Shown here: one piece after another, positions 32,985 through 42,964 of the stretch
Layout: each line of letters starts with the position of its first letter
How positions within the stretch are numbered: position 1 is the stretch's first letter
Assembly: GCA_964384105.1 (NCBI GenBank)
Contig: CAYLJV010000001.1
Coordinates: 224,001 to 288,000 of the forward strand
Direction of reading: 5' to 3'
Source of the DNA: Candidatus Hadarchaeota archaeon
GTDB taxonomy: Archaea > Hadarchaeota > Hadarchaeia > Hadarchaeales > JAGGTB01
DNA length: 64,000 bases
Translations under genes and position numbers: made by a program
The notes under the pieces: generated by a model
What the model was told of the DNA's origin: nothing
The model's database searches: none
Seen by the model: only the letters and a program-made list of their open reading frames with translations

Positions 32985-33595
32985 TTTTTTTGGAATTAAA
33001 ATATTTTGGAAAATGGTCAGTTGATGACGTTAAAGTTGAAGATCGTGGTCTTAGAAGGTATATGAAGCTAGAACCCAGGCTTTCACCCCATGTTGCGGGA
33101 AGACAAAACGCGAAACGTTTCAAAAAAGAGGAAGTTCCGATAGTCGAAAGGCTGATGAATAAATTAATGAGGTCCGGACCAGGTAAGGGTAAAGTAGGCG
33201 GGAAAAGTATTAGAGGGGGAAAAGCGTGTGGGAAGAAGCAAAAGGCCTATCAAATCGTTCTTGAGGCCTTCGAGATAATAGAGAAAAAGGAAAACAAAAA
33301 TCCGATTCAAGTTTTGGTTGACGCTATTCAAAATTCGGCACCGCGAGAGGAGACCACTAAAATAAGCTATGGGGGCATAACTTATCACGAGGCTGTTGAT
33401 TCTTCACCCCTTCGTAGACTTGATATAGCTTTGAAAAACTTAGCGGATGGAGCTTATTCTTCCTCATTTAAAAATAAAAAGTCTATAGAAGAGTGTTTGG
33501 CAGAAGAACTTATTCTAGCCGCTGAGGGCGATACAAAAAGCTATGGCGTAGAAAAGAAAGGCGGAATTGAGCGAATAGCAAAGGGTGCTAGGTAA
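32981..33595 (+). CDS. rps7: 30S ribosomal protein S7 (uS7)
   Basis: [26 protein letters not shown] and AVD.SP.RR.D motifs. Confidence 0.96.
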   Translation: MIFLELKYFGKWSVDDVKVEDRGLRRYMKLEPRLSPHVAGRQNAKRFKKEEVPIVERLMNKLMRSGPGKGKVGGKSIRGGKACGKKQKAYQIVLEAFEIIEKKENKNPIQVLVDAIQNSAPREETTKISYGGITYHEAVDSSPLRRLDIALKNLADGAYSSSFKNKKSIEECLAEELILAAEGDTKSYGVEKKGGIERIAKGAR

Positions 33596-33647
33596 TTAGC
33601 GAAAGCCTTTTTAATAGGTTTGTAAAAGTTACATCGAGGAGAAATAA

Positions 33648-34913
33648 ATGGCTGAAAAACCACACATGAATCTGGCGGTTATCGGTCATGTCGACCATGG
33701 AAAGTCTACCCTTATTGGTAGGACTTTTTATGAAACAGGATTGATCGACGATTCAGTTATCGACGAATTCGAGAAAATGGGCGAAAAAGGTAAGACCTTC
33801 AAATTCGCTTGGGTCATGGATGCTGTTAAAGAAGAGAGAGAAAGAGGTCTGACGATAGATCTTGCTCACGAAAAATTTGAGACGGACGAGTTTTACTTCA
33901 CGGTTATCGATGCGCCGGGACACAAGGACTTCGTTAAGAACATGATTACTGGAGCTAGTCAGGCAGATGCAGCTGTTCTAGTTGTTGCTGCTGACGATGG
34001 AGTAATGCCACAGACTCGGGAACACGCGGCGCTAGCTTACACTTTAGGAATAAACCAACTTGTTGTTGTGATAAACAAGATGGACAAAGTTGGATACAAA
34101 CAAGATACGTATGAGCAGGTCAAGAAGAACTTGATTAAACTCCTTAGTGGAATTGGATATAAGAATCCAAAAGATTTTGTATATCTTCCTGCTTCTGCTT
34201 TTGAGGGGAAGAATATTGCAGAGCCTGCTGAGGAGATAGACTGGTACGATGGACCAACTTTCATTAAAGCCTTGGACACTTTCGAAGTTCCAGAAAAGCC
34301 CGTTGACAAACCATTGAGAATACCCGTGCAAGATGTTTACTCTATCACAGGTGTAGGAACAGTCCCTGTTGGGAGAGTTGAAACGGGTACTATAAAAATC
34401 GGAGATAAGATTGTATTCCTACCTTCCGATAAGCAAGGTGAAGTAAAGTCTATTGAAATGCATCATGAAGAAATAGAGAATGCAGAACCCGGAGATAACA
34501 TCGGATTTAATATAAGAGGTATCGGAAAGGATGAGATCAGACGTGGTGATGTAGCGGGTCACCCAGATAATCCTCCAACAGTTGTTGAGGAATTCACAGC
34601 TCGAATTGCTGTTCTGGAACATCCTTCGGCGATTACTGCAGGTTATACTCCAGTTTTCCATGCGCACACGGCACAGGTTTCCAGTGAGATCGTTGAAATA
34701 ATGCAAAAATTGGACCCGAAAACTGGTGAAGTACTTGAAGAAAATCCTGACTTCATAAAGAAGGGAGATATGGCTACGATCAGAGTTAGGCCTAAGAGAC
34801 CTTTAGTAATAGAAAAAGCCTCTGAAATACCTCATATGAGCAGATTTGCGATAAGAGATATGGGCCAGACTGTAGCTGCCGGAGTAGTTACTGATTTGAA
34901 AGAGAAAAAATAA
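33648..34913 (+). CDS. tuf: Elongation factor EF-1 alpha
   Basis: [27 protein letters not shown] and RFAIRDMG motifs. Confidence 0.98.
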   Translation: MAEKPHMNLAVIGHVDHGKSTLIGRTFYETGLIDDSVIDEFEKMGEKGKTFKFAWVMDAVKEERERGLTIDLAHEKFETDEFYFTVIDAPGHKDFVKNMITGASQADAAVLVVAADDGVMPQTREHAALAYTLGINQLVVVINKMDKVGYKQDTYEQVKKNLIKLLSGIGYKNPKDFVYLPASAFEGKNIAEPAEEIDWYDGPTFIKALDTFEVPEKPVDKPLRIPVQDVYSITGVGTVPVGRVETGTIKIGDKIVFLPSDKQGEVKSIEMHHEEIENAEPGDNIGFNIRGIGKDEIRRGDVAGHPDNPPTVVEEFTARIAVLEHPSAITAGYTPVFHAHTAQVSSEIVEIMQKLDPKTGEVLEENPDFIKKGDMATIRVRPKRPLVIEKASEIPHMSRFAIRDMGQTVAAGVVTDLKEKK

Positions 34914-34960
34914 CCTCTTTTGAGGTAAAATCTCTTTTTTCTTTTCTTACTTTGTTTTCT
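34913..34960 (+). terminator. Putative hairpin plus T-tract terminator after tuf
   Basis: ACCTC-TTTT-GAGGT inverted repeat at the stop codon, followed by TCTCTTTTTTCTTTTC. Confidence 0.45.
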
Positions 34961-35075
34961 TTGAAGGAAACTTCCTTGTTTTTGAGTGCCATTATTAATT
35001 TATATTCGTAGATTTTCACGAAAAGGAAAAACTTTTTTATCTATTCATCGCTTCTTTGGTAGAGTGGGATTAAAC

Positions 35076-35384
35076 TTGCAAAAAGCTAGAATAAAATTAT
35101 CCGGAACGGATGCAGAGAAACTTGACGAGGTTTGTAAAGAGCTCATCGGCATAGCGGAGCGAATAGGTGCGGAAAAGTCGGGCCCTATACCTCTTCCTAC
35201 TAATAGGGTTAAAATCCCCATTAGGAAATCCCCCGATGGTGAGGGTACTGCCACTTGGGATAAATGGGAACTTAGGATCCATAAAAGATTGATTGATATG
35301 GAAGCTAATGAGCGAGCTATGAAACAGATAATGAGAGTTCAAGTTCCTGAAGAAGTTAATATTGAGATAGAAATGACTTCATGA
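35076..35384 (+). CDS. rps10: 30S ribosomal protein S10 (uS10)
   Basis: [24 protein letters not shown] and IHKRLID motifs; TTG start inferred at 35076. Confidence 0.96.
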   Translation: MQKARIKLSGTDAEKLDEVCKELIGIAERIGAEKSGPIPLPTNRVKIPIRKSPDGEGTATWDKWELRIHKRLIDMEANERAMKQIMRVQVPEEVNIEIEMTS

Positions 35385-35452
35385 TTCTTCCAGATTTAAT
35401 CTTTTCTTGAGAACTAGTTTTAAGCTCTGAGTTTGTTTATTAATAACTGAGA

Positions 35453-35537
35453 GCCGGGGTGGCAGAATCTGGCAATGCGCCGGCTTTGAGAGCCGGTGGC
35501 CGTTATGGCCTTCTGGGTTCAAATCCCAGCCCCGGCG
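35453..35537 (+). tRNA. tRNA-Ser(TGA)
   Basis: Acceptor GCCGGGG/CCCCGGC, anticodon arm CCGGC-TTTGAGA-GCCGG, long variable arm GGCC-GTTAT-GGCC, discriminator G. Confidence 0.95.
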
Positions 35538-35553
35538 CCTAAAAGTGATTCAG

Positions 35554-35979
35554 ATGAAGAAATTTGAGTGGGTAGACCACCCTTCGGATATAGGTTTTAG
35601 AGCATATGGCAGAGATTTGAGAGAGGCTTTTGAAAATGCAGCTTTGGCTCTTACTGAGATTATTACAGATGCGAAGAAGGTTAAAGCCGAAAAAGAGGTT
35701 TCTATTGAGTTAAGATCTGAGGACAAAGAAGCTTTACTATATGACTGGCTAGATCATCTTCTATATCTTCATGGTGCGGAGAGGTTTATTGGATCTAAAT
35801 TCAAGGTTAAAGAGATCTCAAGTAATGAAGAACTTGAGTTGAAGGCAAAAGCATGGGGGGAAAAGCATGATCCAGAACGCCATGGGCCAGGGACTGAAGT
35901 GAAAGCGGTTACCTATCATATGATGGAGATTGATTGTGGGAATGATCAATGCTCAGTTCAGGTTGTTGTAGACATATAG
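35554..35979 (+). CDS. Archease (RtcB activator)
   Basis: 'DHPSDIG..AYG..L.EAF.NAA', 'EVKAVTYH' and C-terminal 'DI'. Confidence 0.94.
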   Translation: MKKFEWVDHPSDIGFRAYGRDLREAFENAALALTEIITDAKKVKAEKEVSIELRSEDKEALLYDWLDHLLYLHGAERFIGSKFKVKEISSNEELELKAKAWGEKHDPERHGPGTEVKAVTYHMMEIDCGNDQCSVQVVVDI

Positions 35980-36187
35980 TTTTCTAAGAGGAAATTTTCG
36001 ACCTTCTTATCCTTCTAGAGTTTAGAAAAATCAAGTAGTTCCTTATTCTACTAAATGAAAGCTTTAAAAGACCGATATTTATTTTAAAACTTTCGATGCT
36101 CTATATAGATGGTAATAGCTCTAAATCAGGACTTTTTTTAGTTAAAGTTAAGAGTCTAGAGAATCAAAATGGAATGGGGAGATTTAA

Positions 36188-36901
36188 TTGGATATTTCCG
36201 AGCTTAGAGAACGGATTAGAGAGCGAGAAGAAGATTACGTTATGCCGGTGTACCTTCCATATCTACCCGCTATTCTGGGAATTATTTCGATACCGATTAT
36301 AGTGATTTCAGCAGTCCTTGGGTTTGATAATATAGGATTTTTTGCTTCGGGAATGGTTTTTGTTGCTATTTTGGGGATCGCGGGAGCAATTATAGGACTC
36401 TTTGTTTTATACAAATGGATAGATAGGAGAAATGGTCACTTCAAGAGAGTACAGTTACTATACGAGAATTTGTTGGATTTTTTGAGCGGAAAAGGATCCG
36501 AAGAGGACATTAGAAGAGCGAGAAGATCCCTTAGAGAAATGGAAAGTGAATCAGACAAAAAAAATCCAGTTTTATGGATAATATTAGCAATAGTTTTCTG
36601 GCCAATTTGGTTCTATATATTCCATTTCTTAACCAAGGATTTTTTCGATCATCAGAAACGAGAAAACTTTGTATTTGAAGATATCGGTAAAGCTATTGAA
36701 TCAGCTGGTGGAGAATTTAGTTTCCGAGGGTATGACACAATAGAGAATAGGAATACGATTCTATACATAGTATTAACAATAATTACTCTAGGGCTCTTTG
36801 GGCTATACTGGATATACGTTATTACAAAGGATCCCAACAAGCATTTCAAAGAATCGGCCAGAGTAGAAAGTAGGCTACTGGAATCGTTGGAGTCTATCTA
36901 G
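36188..36901 (+). CDS. DUF4234-like membrane protein
   Basis: TM segments with repeated 'RN.HF', 'L.KDF..H' and 'TLGLFGLYWIY....D.N.HF' units. Confidence 0.75.
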   Translation: MDISELRERIREREEDYVMPVYLPYLPAILGIISIPIIVISAVLGFDNIGFFASGMVFVAILGIAGAIIGLFVLYKWIDRRNGHFKRVQLLYENLLDFLSGKGSEEDIRRARRSLREMESESDKKNPVLWIILAIVFWPIWFYIFHFLTKDFFDHQKRENFVFEDIGKAIESAGGEFSFRGYDTIENRNTILYIVLTIITLGLFGLYWIYVITKDPNKHFKESARVESRLLESLESI

Positions 36902-36967
36902 AAAATTAATTTTTAAAATTCCAATATTTTTTTACACTACCAACAGTTGTTAGTATTTGGTGTTTAG

Positions 36968-38425
36968 ATGAGCTGGAAAGGAAAACTGAAAAAGATAGAT
37001 GATATAAGATGGGAGATCCCCGCGGATTATAAGCCTGAGATGAGGGTACCTACTAGAATTTATGCGAATACTGCGCTCTTAAACGAGATGAAGGGTGACC
37101 TTACACTGGAGCAGGGATCAAATGTTGCATCTTTAGGCGGGATTTACAAGTATTCAGTTGTTCTTCCGGATGGTCACCAAGGTTATGGTTTTCCCATTGG
37201 TGGTGTTGCTGCGACTGATGCCGAAGAAGGAGTAGTCTCACCGGGGGGTGTGGGTTACGATATTAATTGTGGTGTCAGACTTCTAAGAACTAATTTACAA
37301 AATTCAGATGTAAAGCCTAAAATTAAGGACCTAGTCGAAACCTTGTTTAAGAATGTTCCTTCAGGAGTTGGAAGCGAGAGCAAGGTAGAATTTTCTGTTT
37401 CGGAGTTAGACAGTATACTTGAGGGAGGAGCTCAGTGGGTTGTAGAAAACGATTACGGCTGGGCTGAGGATGTCAAGCGGCTTGAAGAGAATGGGCGAAT
37501 AGATTTTGCTGATGCTTCCGGTGTTAGTTCTAAGGCGAAAAATAGGGGGAAGACTCAGATCGGAAGTTTAGGTAGTGGAAATCACTTTTTAGAGGTACAA
37601 TACGTGGATGAGATTTACAGACCAGAAGTGGCCAAGGAATTTGGTATCACCGAGGAGGGTCAAGTTACTGTTATGATTCATACTGGTTCGAGAGGATTTG
37701 GTCATCAGGTTTGTTCTGATAATCTTAGAAAGGTCGAGAAGGCCGCCAAAAAATATGGGATCGATTTGCCAGATCGAGAACTAGCCAATGTTCCTATAAC
37801 TTCTGATGAAGGCCAAGACTACTTATCTCAGATGGCATGTGCAGCGAATTTTGCTTGGGCTAATCGTCAGATGATTACGCATTGGGTCCGGGAGACCTTC
37901 GACCAAGTCTGGGGTGAGTCTGCCGGCAAGTTAGGTCTTGAGATAGTCTACGATGTCGCCCATAATATAGCAAAATTTGAGGAACATAAGGTGGATGGAG
38001 GCAAGAAGAATGTCTGTGTTCACAGAAAGGGCGCTACCAGAGCTTTTCCGCCAGGCCATTCCGAGATTCCACAGATATACAGAAGTGTTGGACAGCCGGT
38101 TATAATACCTGGAAACATGGGTACTGCTAGTTACGTACTAGTTGGCACTGAAAAGGGGATGAATGAGACTTTTGGATCCACCGCTCATGGAGCAGGTCGG
38201 AGAATGAGTAGATCAGGAGCCAAAGGTAAGTTCTGGGGTGAAGACGTCAAGAAAGATCTCTGGGATAAACAGAGTATCTATGTCAAGGCCACTCATGGGT
38301 CTGTAATCGCAGAGGAGGCGCCTGGAGCGTATAAAGACATAGATGAAGTCGTGAAAGTAAGCGATGAGGCAGGTATAGGTAATCTGGTGGCTCGGTTAAG
38401 ACCAATGGGTGTTGCTAAAGGGTAG
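36968..38425 (+). CDS. rtcB: tRNA-splicing ligase RtcB (no intein)
   Basis: [38 protein letters not shown] and HGAGR motifs. Confidence 0.97.
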   Translation: MSWKGKLKKIDDIRWEIPADYKPEMRVPTRIYANTALLNEMKGDLTLEQGSNVASLGGIYKYSVVLPDGHQGYGFPIGGVAATDAEEGVVSPGGVGYDINCGVRLLRTNLQNSDVKPKIKDLVETLFKNVPSGVGSESKVEFSVSELDSILEGGAQWVVENDYGWAEDVKRLEENGRIDFADASGVSSKAKNRGKTQIGSLGSGNHFLEVQYVDEIYRPEVAKEFGITEEGQVTVMIHTGSRGFGHQVCSDNLRKVEKAAKKYGIDLPDRELANVPITSDEGQDYLSQMACAANFAWANRQMITHWVRETFDQVWGESAGKLGLEIVYDVAHNIAKFEEHKVDGGKKNVCVHRKGATRAFPPGHSEIPQIYRSVGQPVIIPGNMGTASYVLVGTEKGMNETFGSTAHGAGRRMSRSGAKGKFWGEDVKKDLWDKQSIYVKATHGSVIAEEAPGAYKDIDEVVKVSDEAGIGNLVARLRPMGVAKG

Positions 38426-38430
38426 ATTTT

Positions 38431-39114
38431 TTATCTTTGTATTATAACTCTTTTAGCTCCATAGATGTCTTTTACTTTTATTTCAAGGTTGGAATTTTCA
38501 ATTGCTAGTTCTATCTTTATACCTTCGCAGCGGTAGTTTTCGTTTAGACTATTTTCTAGATAATTCAATTTGTCAACTTTTACGTCTTCGGCTTTTTCAG
38601 ATATTTGATTTGCAATATATTTGAGTCTTTGAAACCTGGAGAGTACCGATGTTTTTAATGAGATTCCGTAGGCAATAGGACCTTTGACATGTCTTACTTT
38701 GCTTTTTAAGTAAGCTTTTACGATTAAACTACCGTTTGGTTGCCAGGTAAAGTCAATTGAGTTCTCGTTTATCAAAGGTATATTAACTTCGATGTTTGGA
38801 TAGTTCCAACCTTGCTGAATTTTTTGATTCATGTAGTTGATTATGAATTTTTCAATGTTTTCTTCTGTTCCGCCTTTTGATCCCACGTCATACATTGCTG
38901 CCGCTATTGAGGTATTTAGGGCCTTGTTCATTTCAGATTTTATGGATTCGTTAGTGGCTTTAGTGATATCTTCTGCGGTAAGCCTCTGTATTGTTGATAT
39001 TTCTTCTTGATTCGAATAATTTAGGTAGAGGATTACCATATTTGAGGATACTACTACAAAAATCAAAAAAATTGCGAGGACCGGGGCAATACCTCTTTCT
39101 GAATCCAACATCAT
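38431..39114 (-). CDS. Putative pilin-like protein with class III signal peptide
   Basis: N-terminus MMLDSERG|IAPVLAIFLIFVVV has a basic-Gly cleavage site followed by a hydrophobic helix. Confidence 0.65.
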   Translation of the reverse strand: MMLDSERGIAPVLAIFLIFVVVSSNMVILYLNYSNQEEISTIQRLTAEDITKATNESIKSEMNKALNTSIAAAMYDVGSKGGTEENIEKFIINYMNQKIQQGWNYPNIEVNIPLINENSIDFTWQPNGSLIVKAYLKSKVRHVKGPIAYGISLKTSVLSRFQRLKYIANQISEKAEDVKVDKLNYLENSLNENYRCEGIKIELAIENSNLEIKVKDIYGAKRVIIQR

Positions 39115-40124
39115 ATTTCTGCCTCTAGAGTAGGACTAGATTCAAAGACAAAGCAAGGTTGGTTTTCATTAACCTTCCAAAATACCATCGATAGGTAAGC
39201 AGTGATTGGGTTATCTTTTGAGTTGAGGTCGACACGCCAGGTTGGGTATCTAGAAATTTTAGTAGTGACAGTAGCTGCTTTTAGATTTATATTTTCTATT
39301 CTCAATATTTTGTTTTCATCTTTTATTTTCCAAGTTCTTCCTGTGAAGTGGGATCTTACTTCTTCCGGTTTAATAAACCAATTAGATAAATACGCTTTTC
39401 TAACAGAAGGGCAATCCTCGGAGAAAGAAAGGTTTGACTCAACTATTTTGTATTTTTCAATGAACCATGAGTTTTTTATATGTTCTATATTCTTTCGGTT
39501 TTCTTTCCCATAGATTTTTAACGTGGTTAGTAATGTTCCATTAGATGTAATTTTGGTTTTCAGAATATTTTCAGATTCCCATTTATAGTTTTTTATATCA
39601 AGATTTTCCTTACGTGGATATCTCCTTTTCACGTAGTGGTAGGAAGAGATAAGGGCTGCAGCTTCTCTTGGTTTATTTTTTGCAAAGTCATAGAAGGCTG
39701 GTGGCTTATGTATTTCTTCGAGTTCTAGATTTTCTCCAATTTTTATGGGGTTTGATGAAACGGATATTTTATTTTTGTCCCATCTTGTGTAGAGTTTTTC
39801 GCCGGGTTGAGGCACCGAAATTTTCTTTAATTCTGTTCCAACGTTTGTTTTGTATGTTTTTCCTTTTTGAGACCCGGTGATTATTTTTATTGCGAAATTG
39901 TTATTTTCTATATTCAATTCATATCTTGAATTTCCGATTGTTTTTGGTAATTCTATCGTTGATGTAGTTTCTTTATCAGTCGAGAACGCTATTTTAGCTA
40001 TACTATCGGCTAATTTCTGTGCCTCTTTTCCAGTCGAATAATCTTTTTGCTTATTTTTGTATGTTAGAAATATTCCTAGAATCAAAGATGCAATAACGAT
40101 TCCAAATAATATTCTCCAAATCAA
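39111..40124 (-). CDS. Membrane-anchored hypothetical protein (pilin/pseudopilin-like N-terminal domain)
   Basis: N-terminal TM, then 'EAQKLADSIAK...TIELP..IG...Y.L.I', a pattern seen in archaeal minor pilins. Confidence 0.55.
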   Translation of the reverse strand: MIWRILFGIVIASLILGIFLTYKNKQKDYSTGKEAQKLADSIAKIAFSTDKETTSTIELPKTIGNSRYELNIENNNFAIKIITGSQKGKTYKTNVGTELKKISVPQPGEKLYTRWDKNKISVSSNPIKIGENLELEEIHKPPAFYDFAKNKPREAAALISSYHYVKRRYPRKENLDIKNYKWESENILKTKITSNGTLLTTLKIYGKENRKNIEHIKNSWFIEKYKIVESNLSFSEDCPSVRKAYLSNWFIKPEEVRSHFTGRTWKIKDENKILRIENINLKAATVTTKISRYPTWRVDLNSKDNPITAYLSMVFWKVNENQPCFVFESSPTLEAEI

Positions 40125-40134
40125 GCCTTCTTGA

Positions 40135-40500
40135 TTATTTGATATTTATTTTCACCTTATTTTCTTTCTTTCTTAGGATGAGCGTATAGTCACCAAAAAT
40201 TAGGGTTGGACCTATTATTTCTAGATCCGTATTGTATGAGTGAGATTTTTTTATAACTGCTATAACTGATTTGTTGTCGAATATTATTTTACAGTCTTTC
40301 GGGACTTGGATTTTATAGGATTTCTGCGAACCTACTTCTTGTGAACTGAAGGAGTTAGCTATATTGGCTATTTTCTTTGAATCATTCTTGAATTCTTCTA
40401 GTTTTGTACTTCGATCCAATTTTTCTTTAAGCTGTAGTGATGTTCCCAGGATTATGAATGCAAGTATAATGCCTACTAAAAATTTTAAAGGACTTGACAA
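40135..40500 (-). CDS. Small pilin-like membrane-anchored protein
   Basis: 'SSPLKFLVGIILAFIIL' hydrophobic N-terminus, an amphipathic helix, then a 'GSQKSYKIQVP' beta-rich tail. Confidence 0.55.
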   Translation of the reverse strand: MSSPLKFLVGIILAFIILGTSLQLKEKLDRSTKLEEFKNDSKKIANIANSFSSQEVGSQKSYKIQVPKDCKIIFDNKSVIAVIKKSHSYNTDLEIIGPTLIFGDYTLILRKKENKVKINIK

Positions 40501-40723
40501 AGAATCAACCTAAATTCGGTGTCATTTTCTTAGTGTTCGTTGGTTCTGGCTCCAACTATTTCACTTAGCTATCCTAACACAGACTTTAAAATGTTTTTAG
40601 TAGTGCACTTCTTTTGTTTTCAAGCTCGCTTTTATTCAAAAAAGAGGGGATAAATAAAGCATTATTTGTTATAAGAAAGGGTGATTGTTCGAATGGGATG
40701 TATTCCCTTATGGAGGAAGGACA

Positions 40724-42964
40724 ATGAGTCGAAAGGGGGATAAATTCCAGCAACGAGCCGAAATAAGTCGTTCAGGACCGATTTTAATTGCAGAATGCGA
40801 CTGTCATGGTTGTGAGGGCTCAGGGGATTTGAATTCAGAAGTTTGCAGATTTTGCGTTTTCAGTGGTCTTGGTGGGGAAAGAAGGATTGATTGGGTTATT
40901 CTAAAAAAAAGTTATCATCGAATTTATCCTACACCAAAGATTTCGGATTTAGCAAATAAAATAGCTAGATTTAGGACAAAGATTCTTGACCGTGATTTTT
41001 GGGTCCAGAGTGATACTGGAGATCAATGCGAATCTTGTATTTCTAGAAAAGTAAAGAAGTTAGAAAACTTTCTACCGGAGCTGATGAGAAATCCTCATAA
41101 ATTTTCTGAAATCAAGAAAGAGATTTATTCAGAGCCGTTTCCTTTTGAGAGATGCGAATCGTGTATAAGAAAAAATTTTTTGAGTTCCTTGAAGGGCTTG
41201 GAATCTTCTTTGAATGAAGTCTTTTCTTCTGATCTTATGGATTTTGATTACAATGAGGGGTTAGGTTTTCGAGCAAAACCGTTTTTTATTGAGGGCTTAT
41301 GGAATTCATCCAAAAAAAGTGCTGAGATTCTCGATTCCTATAAATTACCCAATGAACGTGGAAGAGTTAACATTTACAATCAGAGTGGTAAGCCTATACC
41401 GTTTTATGAGTTAAAATTGCCTGAGTTTGATTTACCTGTTCAATTTGTCAATCTGTTGGATAATGCTTTTCAGATGGAAATAGATTCGGCTCCCACTCAT
41501 GCTCGTTTTGCTTATCCCGCTAATATAGCTCAGTTTTCTGAAGATTGGTATAATGCTCTTTTGAGGATTGTAAAGGAAAAAACTGAATTGGATATTTCTT
41601 CATCTCGACTTAGAGAACTTTCTAAGATAATGTCTAAATGGCTAGCATATAGAGTATTGGAACCTTTGAGTTGTGACGAAAAACTTACTGATATTTATAT
41701 AGAAGCCCCTCCTGAATTGCAACCTATTAGGGTGGTTCATCAGGATTGGGGTACATGTGAAACCGGTATTTATTGGTCTTCTGACTCTCTTCTAGGAATG
41801 GCCGAAGTCTTAGCTTCAAGATTGGGTCGTTCTTTTGATGAACCTAATCCTCAGCTCGATGTTGAACTTCCCGAGTTGGGTTTGAGATTGTTTATTAGTA
41901 GATATCCGGCTATTTGGACGAAAAATTCCGCTTCTGCCGCTATAAGGAAACGGAGGAGTAAACCTTGGACTCAATTGTTGTTTATGGAGAGGGGTTCGAT
42001 AACTCCGCTTGCTTCAGCTTTTGTTAGTAATCTTATCAGAAAAGGGGCTTCTATGTTTATCATTGGTGATATAGGTACAGCAAAGACATCTTATTTGTTT
42101 ACCCAGATTCCCGAAATAGGTCTATCTGAAAGAATAATTGTTTTTCAGGATACCAGAGAGATGCAATTTAAAAAATTTGTGAAAAAGGGATATGAAATAG
42201 AAAACGTTAGGGTTAGAAATCCTAAAAATCTCCAAAAACAAGTTAATTCTTTTTTAAGGGGTGGATCGGCTTATTGGCTTATAGCAGAAGCTAGATCCTC
42301 GGATGCGATTACGGCTACCCTTGCTGCTGCTGCTAGAAGAGGTAGTCAACCTATACTTTCTACTTTCCACGCTAGAACAAAACGGCAAATGTTTGATTTA
42401 GTATTTAATATAATGGATTTACATGAGTCTTCTTATAACTACATCGATTTAATAGTAGAAACTGCGAAATTTGAGACTCCAGATGGTACGATTCGGAGAA
42501 TAACGGAAGTCTCGGAGATTTTAAATGAATGGGAAGAGAAACCGAAGTATTCTAAGCTTTTTTCTGATGATAGGTCTGAGGATCTCTTAAAACCAGTGAA
42601 TGTTTTTGAGGGTCCTGAAGGTTTATTGAATGAAATAAGCTCTTATGACCTATCCAATGTTGACTTGGACAAAGCTAGAAAAAGTCTCAGTTTTTTATCT
42701 CCAGGAAAAGGTGGATCGGAATATGTACCGTGGTTGTGTAAACGTCTGGCTATAAAAAAAGAGGATTTCTTAGTCCAGATTTTGTCTGAAGCAAAAATGA
42801 AATCTGAACTTTTGAATAAAGCTATTAGAGAAGGGAAAGAGGAGATTCTTGAACTGCCATTTGTGACTAGGAGTTACAACAAATACTTTAGTGAATTAAA
42901 GAAAAAATCTCCCGATTTTAAAGAAGTGTTTTTGGATTGGAAGAGTTGGTTGGAGGGATTTTAG
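40724..42964 (+). CDS. Type II/IV secretion (VirB11/TadA-like) ATPase with Cys-rich N-terminus and degenerate motifs
   Basis: 'LEPL..DE.LTDIYI', 'F.E.NP.LD', 'AIRKRR..PWT', Walker A-like GDIGTAKTS, QDT.E, Walker B-like LIAEAR and His box TFHA. Confidence 0.82.
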   Translation: MSRKGDKFQQRAEISRSGPILIAECDCHGCEGSGDLNSEVCRFCVFSGLGGERRIDWVILKKSYHRIYPTPKISDLANKIARFRTKILDRDFWVQSDTGDQCESCISRKVKKLENFLPELMRNPHKFSEIKKEIYSEPFPFERCESCIRKNFLSSLKGLESSLNEVFSSDLMDFDYNEGLGFRAKPFFIEGLWNSSKKSAEILDSYKLPNERGRVNIYNQSGKPIPFYELKLPEFDLPVQFVNLLDNAFQMEIDSAPTHARFAYPANIAQFSEDWYNALLRIVKEKTELDISSSRLRELSKIMSKWLAYRVLEPLSCDEKLTDIYIEAPPELQPIRVVHQDWGTCETGIYWSSDSLLGMAEVLASRLGRSFDEPNPQLDVELPELGLRLFISRYPAIWTKNSASAAIRKRRSKPWTQLLFMERGSITPLASAFVSNLIRKGASMFIIGDIGTAKTSYLFTQIPEIGLSERIIVFQDTREMQFKKFVKKGYEIENVRVRNPKNLQKQVNSFLRGGSAYWLIAEARSSDAITATLAAAARRGSQPILSTFHARTKRQMFDLVFNIMDLHESSYNYIDLIVETAKFETPDGTIRRITEVSEILNEWEEKPKYSKLFSDDRSEDLLKPVNVFEGPEGLLNEISSYDLSNVDLDKARKSLSFLSPGKGGSEYVPWLCKRLAIKKEDFLVQILSEAKMKSELLNKAIREGKEEILELPFVTRSYNKYFSELKKKSPDFKEVFLDWKSWLEGF

